This document shows positions 58,008 through 64,000 of a DNA stretch of 64,000 nt, piece by piece (the stretch's first letter is position 1; each line of letters opens with the position of its first letter). This DNA comes from Thermoanaerobaculia bacterium (lineage in GTDB: Bacteria > Acidobacteriota > Thermoanaerobaculia > Multivoradales > Multivoraceae), in contig OY761158.1 of the NCBI GenBank assembly GCA_963664405.1, positions 3,072,001 to 3,136,000 of the forward strand, read 5' to 3'. Below the pieces are notes generated by a model, which ran no database searches, was not told where the DNA came from, and worked only from the letters and a program-made list of their open reading frames with translations. A program made the position numbers and the translations under genes.

Positions 58008-59978
58008 ATGCGACAGCTTGTGCTCGAGACGATCGCCTGCGCTCTCGTGCCCGGGCTACTGGTCGCTCAGGAGGTCGCGCAAAGCGAGGTTCTCGACGTC
58101 GAGGTCGTCAATGTCGACGTGTATGCCACCGATAAGAGCGGGAACCCGGTCACCGATTTGGTTGCGAGTGACTTTCAGATCCTCGAAGACGGCAAGAAGG
58201 TCAACGTTGATTACTTCACCCACTTTCAGGAGGGAGCCGGAGTCGAAAGCAGAGCCGCCCTTTCGCCGAGAGAATCGCTTCCGGGCGCGGAACTCCCGCG
58301 GGTCGAGACGCTGCCCGCCTCCCGGGTGCAGCTCGTGGTCCTCGTCGACAACGAGAACAGCCGCCGAGGAGCCAAGGGACGTCTGCTCGAAGAGGTTGGA
58401 GATGTCCTTGCCGGCCGGCCAGCAAGCGTGATGGTGACCACCTACGAGGGCGGGCGCCTCGAGGTCGTTCAGCCCTTCACCGAAGATGAGGCGGTTTGGA
58501 CCGCGGCGCTCGATGCTGTCAACGTTGCAGGAGGCCGGCAGGCCATGCAGGGCATGGAGCGCAGAGCGATGATCGACGAGATCGAGCCGATCATCGCCGG
58601 GCTGGCGGCGGGTGGTAGTAACAGCGCCGGGTCCGCGGGCCAGCTCAAGATGCTCACTGCGACCGTTCGGATGCACGCCCAGGAGACCCACAACTACGGC
58701 CGCCGAACACTGAGCGCGATCGAGGGTCTGGTGGTGGCCCTCGGTGCGGTCCCTGAGCGGAAGTCGGTGCTCTACGTCGGCGACGGATTTCCGCTGATGC
58801 CGGGTCTGGAGCTCTACAACCTGGTGGCAAACGCTTTTGGGAATGACCCGCGCCTTCGCCCGACCGGGGTCAGCGATGTGAGCTCGTCCGGCTTCGGCGG
58901 CGGCTCCAGTGGTGGCTCCGGGTCGAGCGGTGGCGGTGGCGGAGGGGGGTCGGCTGGAGGCGGAGGCGGCGGTGGCGGCGGGAGTAGCGGTGGTGGCGGC
59001 GGCGGTGACGCTGGCGGCAGTAGCGGTGGCAGTGGTGGTGGAGGAGGATCGACGGGGGGAGGCGGGACCGGTAACTCTTTCGGGAGCAGCAGCTCCAGCG
59101 GTAGCACCAGTCTGGCTTCCTTTCTGATGGAGGCGCAGCGTTTCGATCTGTCTGCCCAGGTCCGCCAGCTGACGGCGAAGGCCAACACTTCGCGGGTAAG
59201 TTTCTACGCGGCTTCCAGCGTCCGTATCGAGTCGGGGGTGGACGCGCAGCTGCGTTTCGGATCCGCAGAGCTCCCTGGCTTCTACGCCAACTTCCGGACG
59301 AACCGCGAGAACACGCTTCACCAGATGTCCGACGAGACGGCTGGTCGATTGATGAGCTCGGGAGGAGATGTCGAAGGCCTCGTCGACGATCTCTTCCGCG
59401 ACCGCGGCAGCTACTACTTTCTCGGCTACGACCCGCCGCAGCGCAAGGCGAAGAAGAAGCGGAGCCCGTTCCACCGCATCAAGGTGAAGGTCAAGCGCAA
59501 AGGCGTGAGGCTCCGTCACCGCCAGGGCTACGTCGAGCGCGAAGTGGGTACTGGGATCGGGGAGCTCCTGGTCGCCAGTCTGGTGCTGGGCTACGAGGAC
59601 AACCCTCATGATCTCGAGCTCGACGTCATCCCCGGTCATGCGAGTGCGCGCTCTCTGCACATCATCATTCCGATTGACTCGATGGTGCTCGAAGCGGGAT
59701 CTGACGGAGTGCACAGAGCGAAGCTGGAGCTGTCGATCCTCGGTCAGACCGACGACTCTCACTTCACTACACTGCAGCAGGTCCCGCTGATCGTCGAGGT
59801 CGCCTCAGATCTCCTTGAGCGGGCATCCGGCCAGCTCTACCAGGCGGCGATGCCGCTGCCCGACGAAGGAGCGCCGGCCAAGATCGCGATGAGCTTGTGG
59901 GAGGCGGCGGCGGGGCGAAGGTCGCTGGTCAATATCGATATCGCGAAGGAGGGGGAAGGGATCGGCGCTCAGAGATAG
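58008..59978 (+). CDS. Acidobacterial VWA-domain protein with a Gly/Ser-rich insertion
   Basis: VVNVDVYATDK.G.PV.DL..DFQI.EDG, RKSVLYVGDG, ETAG, YYFLGY, V.V.R.GV.LRHR.GY. Confidence 0.85.
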   Translation: MRQLVLETIACALVPGLLVAQEVAQSEVLDVEVVNVDVYATDKSGNPVTDLVASDFQILEDGKKVNVDYFTHFQEGAGVESRAALSPRESLPGAELPRVETLPASRVQLVVLVDNENSRRGAKGRLLEEVGDVLAGRPASVMVTTYEGGRLEVVQPFTEDEAVWTAALDAVNVAGGRQAMQGMERRAMIDEIEPIIAGLAAGGSNSAGSAGQLKMLTATVRMHAQETHNYGRRTLSAIEGLVVALGAVPERKSVLYVGDGFPLMPGLELYNLVANAFGNDPRLRPTGVSDVSSSGFGGGSSGGSGSSGGGGGGGSAGGGGGGGGGSSGGGGGGDAGGSSGGSGGGGGSTGGGGTGNSFGSSSSSGSTSLASFLMEAQRFDLSAQVRQLTAKANTSRVSFYAASSVRIESGVDAQLRFGSAELPGFYANFRTNRENTLHQMSDETAGRLMSSGGDVEGLVDDLFRDRGSYYFLGYDPPQRKAKKKRSPFHRIKVKVKRKGVRLRHRQGYVEREVGTGIGELLVASLVLGYEDNPHDLELDVIPGHASARSLHIIIPIDSMVLEAGSDGVHRAKLELSILGQTDDSHFTTLQQVPLIVEVASDLLERASGQLYQAAMPLPDEGAPAKIAMSLWEAAAGRRSLVNIDIAKEGEGIGAQR

Positions 59979-59990
59979 AATTGGTCGCTG

Positions 59991-60968
59991 ATGAGCTGGA
60001 CACGGATGCTGACCGAGCAGGTCACGGCACCGGTCGCTTGGCGGGCCGAGACCCTGCTGTCGAACGAGGGCCTGACGTCGATCGATTCCGCCTGCGTCGA
60101 CGAGATCGGAGCGGCTGCCGAGATTCTCCGCGCCAACCCTTTGGAAGTGACGGCGCTGGTGCCCGACGACTTCGACATGCCCGCCTGCCGCCGCATGATG
60201 GCTGCGGTCAGGCGCGAGCTCGACGAGGGCGTCGGGTTCGCCATTCTCGACCGCTTACCGCTGCAGGAGCTCGGAAGAGACGAGAGCATCGGCGTCTACT
60301 GGCTGCTCGTCTCCATGCTCGGACGAACCGTGGCGCAGAAGTGGAACGGGCTTCTGCTCTACGACGTTACCGACACCGGCGAGAAGGATGTCGTCGGCCG
60401 TAGTGTTCGCGGCTCGAAGACCAACGGAGGTCAGGGCTTCCACACCGACAACTCGTACAACCTGCCGCCGGAGTACGTCTCCCTACTCTGTCTGGAAACC
60501 GCGATGCGGGGTGGCGTTAGCGGTCTGGTCAGCTTCTATACGGCGCACAACGAGCTTCTCGCTCGTGATCCCGATCTGCTGGCGCGACTTTACGAGCCCT
60601 TCTATTTCGAGCGCTACGGTGAGTTCGGGCCGGGGGAAAGCTCGATCTCGGAAAAACCCATCTTCAGCTTCGACGGCGGGCGCCTCGACGTGAGCCTGGC
60701 CACGGGGCGAGTGCGGGCGGGTTACGAGGTCGCCGGAGTCGAGATGGACGAGCGAGCCCGAAACGCGCTCGCGGCGCTCGACGAAGTGCTCGAGCTCCCC
60801 TCGTTGGGCAAGACCTTCGACTTCGAGCGCGGCCAGATCCAGGTCGTCAACAACCGCAAGCTCGGTCATCGGCGGACCGCCTTCGAGGACTGGCCCGAGG
60901 GCGAGCGTAAGCGACATCTGGTCCGCATCTGGGTGCGCAACGAGGGTCGGAGGTTCTATTCGGGCTGA
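59991..60968 (+). CDS. TauD/TfdA family 2OG-Fe(II) dioxygenase
   Basis: FHTD (HxD), LLCL..A..GG.S, NN...GHRRT.F, RHLVRIW. Confidence 0.9.
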   Translation: MSWTRMLTEQVTAPVAWRAETLLSNEGLTSIDSACVDEIGAAAEILRANPLEVTALVPDDFDMPACRRMMAAVRRELDEGVGFAILDRLPLQELGRDESIGVYWLLVSMLGRTVAQKWNGLLLYDVTDTGEKDVVGRSVRGSKTNGGQGFHTDNSYNLPPEYVSLLCLETAMRGGVSGLVSFYTAHNELLARDPDLLARLYEPFYFERYGEFGPGESSISEKPIFSFDGGRLDVSLATGRVRAGYEVAGVEMDERARNALAALDEVLELPSLGKTFDFERGQIQVVNNRKLGHRRTAFEDWPEGERKRHLVRIWVRNEGRRFYSG

Positions 60969-60985
60969 ACCTGAGTAGCTCGTGA

Positions 60986-61408
60986 ATGAGCCTTTCACCA
61001 GACCTTCGCATTCTGATTCGTTCCCTCTCCAGGAGCTCGCTCTTTACGCTACTCGTCGTCCTCACCCTCGGTATCGGAGTCGGTGCCGTGACAGCGACCG
61101 TATGGTCAGGTCGCGAAGCCACGAAACTGCGGTGCGCATGGCCTTGGGCGCAAGCCCTGGCGGGGTGGTCAGACGCACGCTACTCGACATCGGTAAGCCG
61201 GTGGGCCTCGGAGTTGCCATCGGTCTAGCTGCGGCAGTCGCCGCTACCCGTGTCCTCAGCGCGATGCTTTTTTGGAGTAGAGCTTCTCGACCCATTCGCA
61301 TTCGTATCCGCTGCCCTGGTGATGGCGGGCGCGGCCTTCGCCGCCGCCATTGGGCCCTCACTTCGGGCAGGTCGGATCGACCCGATGGTTCTTCTTCGTG
61401 ATGAGTGA
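60986..61408 (+). pseudogene. ADOP-type ABC permease collapsed by an internal deletion
   Basis: N-terminal DLR...RSL.RS.LFTL..VLTLGIGVGA is joined to C-terminal R..E..VRMALGA...LF/GV...DP...RAGRIDPM..LRDE* with frameshifts. Confidence 0.82.
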
Positions 61409-61442
61409 TCCTGCGCCATCGACTTCTTAGTAAACTGTTGCG

Positions 61443-62312
61443 ATGAAATTCGGACTTCGCTACTGCAACACCGGTCGCTATGTGAATCCGTCTCGAGCGG
61501 TCGAATTGGTGCAGGCTGGCGAGGAGGCCGGCTTCGAATCAGCCTGGACGGTCGAGCACACGGTGGTGCCCGAGGGGTACGAATCGGCGTATCCCTACTC
61601 GCCGGACGGCAAGATGGCGGGAGGCATGTGCGACTTTCCGCTTCCCGACCCCTTGATCTGGATGGCCTTCGTGGCCAACGCGACCTCTCGGATCAAGCTG
61701 GCGACCGGCATCCTCATCCTGCCGCAGCATAATCCCGTGATTACCGCCAAGCAGGTCGCTACTTTGGACCAGCTTTCCGGGGGAAGGGTGTTGCTCGGCA
61801 TCGGGGTTGGTTGGCTCGAAGAAGAGTTCGCCGCTCTGGGGGCTCCGTTTCGCGATCGGGGGCGGCGAACCGATGAGTACGTGGCCGCGATGCGCGAGCT
61901 CTGGTCGGCGGAGAGGCCGACTTTCCACGGCGACTTCGTTCACTTCGACGGCGCCTATTGCCGCCCACAGCCGATCAATGGCTCCGTCCCGATCATTGTC
62001 GGCGGTCACTCGAAGGCGGCGGCGAGGCGCGCCGGCCGGCTGGGCGACGGCTTCTTTCCGGCCCGGGGTCTTTCCGGCGAGCTGGTCGATCTGATGCGGC
62101 GGACTGCCGAGGAGAGCGGTCGCGACCCGGGAGAGGTCGAGATTACGGCGAGCCTTCCTGACGACCTCGACGAGATTCCCCGACTCGCTAAGCTGGGTGT
62201 CACTCGATTGCTGGTACCTGTAACGCCGATGGCGGGGCTGGCTGTTGCGATCAAGGACTCGGAGGGCGCCCTACAGTGGCGAGAGAAGATCGAAAGGTAC
62301 GCCGAGGTCTGA
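61443..62312 (+). CDS. LLM-class F420-dependent oxidoreductase
   Basis: W.VEH.V.P, DPLIW, AKQVATLDQLSGGR, G.GWL.EEF. Confidence 0.9.
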   Translation: MKFGLRYCNTGRYVNPSRAVELVQAGEEAGFESAWTVEHTVVPEGYESAYPYSPDGKMAGGMCDFPLPDPLIWMAFVANATSRIKLATGILILPQHNPVITAKQVATLDQLSGGRVLLGIGVGWLEEEFAALGAPFRDRGRRTDEYVAAMRELWSAERPTFHGDFVHFDGAYCRPQPINGSVPIIVGGHSKAAARRAGRLGDGFFPARGLSGELVDLMRRTAEESGRDPGEVEITASLPDDLDEIPRLAKLGVTRLLVPVTPMAGLAVAIKDSEGALQWREKIERYAEV

Positions 62313-62341
62313 ATGAGTCTGGCAGGTATCCCAGGAGGTGG

Positions 62342-63613
62342 ATGTTGAGCTATGTAGAGCGAGGTGTCCTTTTCGTGTCGACTGTCGTGATGGTGCTTCA
62401 GCTCTCGACGATAACGGCCAGGGCCGCGGAGCCGGACGCCGCCGATTGGCCGCACTGGGGCGGTCCGGAGCGGAGCTTCAAGACCGACTCCACGGGTCTC
62501 CTGGACTCGTGGCCGGAGGGTGGGCCGCCTCGTCTCTGGAGTCGACCGCTGGGTGAAGGCTACTCGGCCATCGTGGAGCGCGGCGGAGTGCTCTACACCC
62601 TCTATCGCCAGGAGGAGCGCGAGATCGTGATCGCCCTCTCGGCGGCGACGGGTGAGACCCAATGGGAGTTTGGCTACGACTCACCCACAGAGGGCTACCG
62701 TTTCGACCGCGGTGCGGGTCCTCACGCGACGCCGGCCATCGCCGGAGATCGACTCTTCACTGTCGGCTCGACGACGGTGCTCAACGCTCTCTCCCGTGCT
62801 GACGGGTCACGTCTCTGGTCGCACGATCTCACCGCCGACTTCGACAGTAGCTTCCGGCACCGTGGCTATGCCACCAGCCCGCTGGTCTACGACGATCTCG
62901 TGTTGGTTCCGGTCGGTGGCAAGGGACGGACCCTGGTCGCCTTTCGCCAGCAGGACGGTAGCGAAGTCTGGCGCGGGGGAGACGAAGACATCGCTTACGC
63001 GTCGCCTACCTTGATCGAGGTCGAAGGCCAGGAGCAACTGGTGGCTTTCGTTTCTGACAACATCGTCGGCTTGGATCCGGAGAACGGAAGGCAGCTCTGG
63101 AAGCACGCCCATCCGACCAAGAGCGCTTTCAGTATCTCGACTCCTCTGTACTCCGAGGAGGCTGGGGTTCTCTTTCTGTCGTCGGCCTACGATGGCGGAG
63201 GGAGAGGGCTGAAGCTCCACCGTGACGGCGTCGCGACTCGGGTTGAAGAGCTGTGGTTCAGCAATCAGGTGCGTGTCCACTTCGGCACCGCGATCCTGGT
63301 CGGCGATACGGTCTACGCCGCCAGTGGCGACTTCGGTCCGGCGCCGATGGCCGCGGTCGACCTCAGCTCCGGCGAGGTGCTTTGGAGAGACCGAGCCTTC
63401 GCCAAGCACTCCGCCGTTTACGCCGATGGCAAGCTGATCTTGCTCGACGAAGACGGAGTGCTCGGCTTGGCCACCGTGACGCGCGAAGGGCTCGAGGTCC
63501 TGTCGCGAGCACAGGTCTTCGATAGCCTGGCGTGGACGGTGCCGACCCTGGTCGGAACCAGACTCTACTTGCGCAATCGCGAAGAGATCGTCGCTCTTGA
63601 ACTGGGTGAGTAG
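62342..63613 (+). CDS. PQQ-like beta-propeller (BamB-like) protein
   Basis: DWPHWGG, LW..PLGEGYS, GP.ATP, YASP, W..P.L....LYLRN. Confidence 0.88.
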   Translation: MLSYVERGVLFVSTVVMVLQLSTITARAAEPDAADWPHWGGPERSFKTDSTGLLDSWPEGGPPRLWSRPLGEGYSAIVERGGVLYTLYRQEEREIVIALSAATGETQWEFGYDSPTEGYRFDRGAGPHATPAIAGDRLFTVGSTTVLNALSRADGSRLWSHDLTADFDSSFRHRGYATSPLVYDDLVLVPVGGKGRTLVAFRQQDGSEVWRGGDEDIAYASPTLIEVEGQEQLVAFVSDNIVGLDPENGRQLWKHAHPTKSAFSISTPLYSEEAGVLFLSSAYDGGGRGLKLHRDGVATRVEELWFSNQVRVHFGTAILVGDTVYAASGDFGPAPMAAVDLSSGEVLWRDRAFAKHSAVYADGKLILLDEDGVLGLATVTREGLEVLSRAQVFDSLAWTVPTLVGTRLYLRNREEIVALELGE

Positions 63614-63635
63614 CTGCCTGCCGGCTTAGCCGTGG

Positions 63636-63917
63636 CTACCGATTGAGCAGACCCTCGAGAATCGGGCCGATCTCCTCGTCGTTGATGATGGTGTGGACTT
63701 CCCAGTCGATGAACTCCGACCACGCGCCGGTCCAGGTTTGAATGACCGAGGCGTCATCGGCCTCGACGACGATCCAGGCCTTCTTCGAGGCGATGTCGTG
63801 CCAGCGGCTGATCATGGTGACGCCTTCAGGCGCATCCGCGTCTTCGCCGCTGGCGAACTTCGCTCCGACCTTGTCCAGGGTTGTTCGCTTCCAGTCCACT
63901 ACCAGCATCAATCTCAT
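63636..63917 (-). CDS. DUF3303-like small protein
   Basis: PEGVTMISRWHD...W.VVEADD...W...WS..I.WEV..I. Confidence 0.75.
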   Translation of the reverse strand: MRLMLVVDWKRTTLDKVGAKFASGEDADAPEGVTMISRWHDIASKKAWIVVEADDASVIQTWTGAWSEFIDWEVHTIINDEEIGPILEGLLNR

Positions 63918-64000
63918 GGTTACATCCTCCCTTGTTGAGAGCCGGACTCTACACGATGGGCGACTCAGAAATCGAGTCGGCGCATCTGTGTTTCCACAAC

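Noticed and set aside
58056-59762. Long antisense ORFs (this one, 42170-43594, 12907-14016 and others)
   Set aside because: These are typical high-GC shadow ORFs opposite well-supported genes, with no motifs of their own.
1-64000. tRNA or rRNA genes, including tRNA-Sec
   Set aside because: None recognised by eye. tRNAscan-SE or Aragorn would be needed to exclude them.

Overview
This is a GC-rich bacterial chromosomal window, probably Acidobacteriota: it has an acidobacterial-type VWA protein, an ADOP-type permease remnant and a YfhO/GT-C protein. The first ~7 kb is decaying accessory DNA. It holds an internally deleted IS with intact TIRs, a broken PilY1 gene, and a 2.5-kb island (ParA remnant, ParE TA plus an orphan antitoxin, a decayed TM+TIR Thoeris-like pair, a truncated tyrosine recombinase) bracketed by two inverted ~200-nt structured repeats. 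The rest is mostly metabolic: acyl-CoA dehydrogenases, a CoA transferase, TPP enzymes, LLM oxidoreductases, sulfatases, a cobalamin riboswitch-btuB-btuF unit, and an ApbE/Gfo-Idh-MocA/DUF1080/PHP cluster. Notable items the ORF track misses are a UGA-recoded deiodinase-like selenoprotein (47635-48363), CTAG-flanked MITEs that share one covarying internal motif despite unrelated TIRs (two of them flank a sulfatase), fold-back elements built from 7/8-mer repeats that supply gene stop codons, and several 'hollowed' genes that keep only their N- and C-termini. All family calls come from motif recognition by eye, with no database search.
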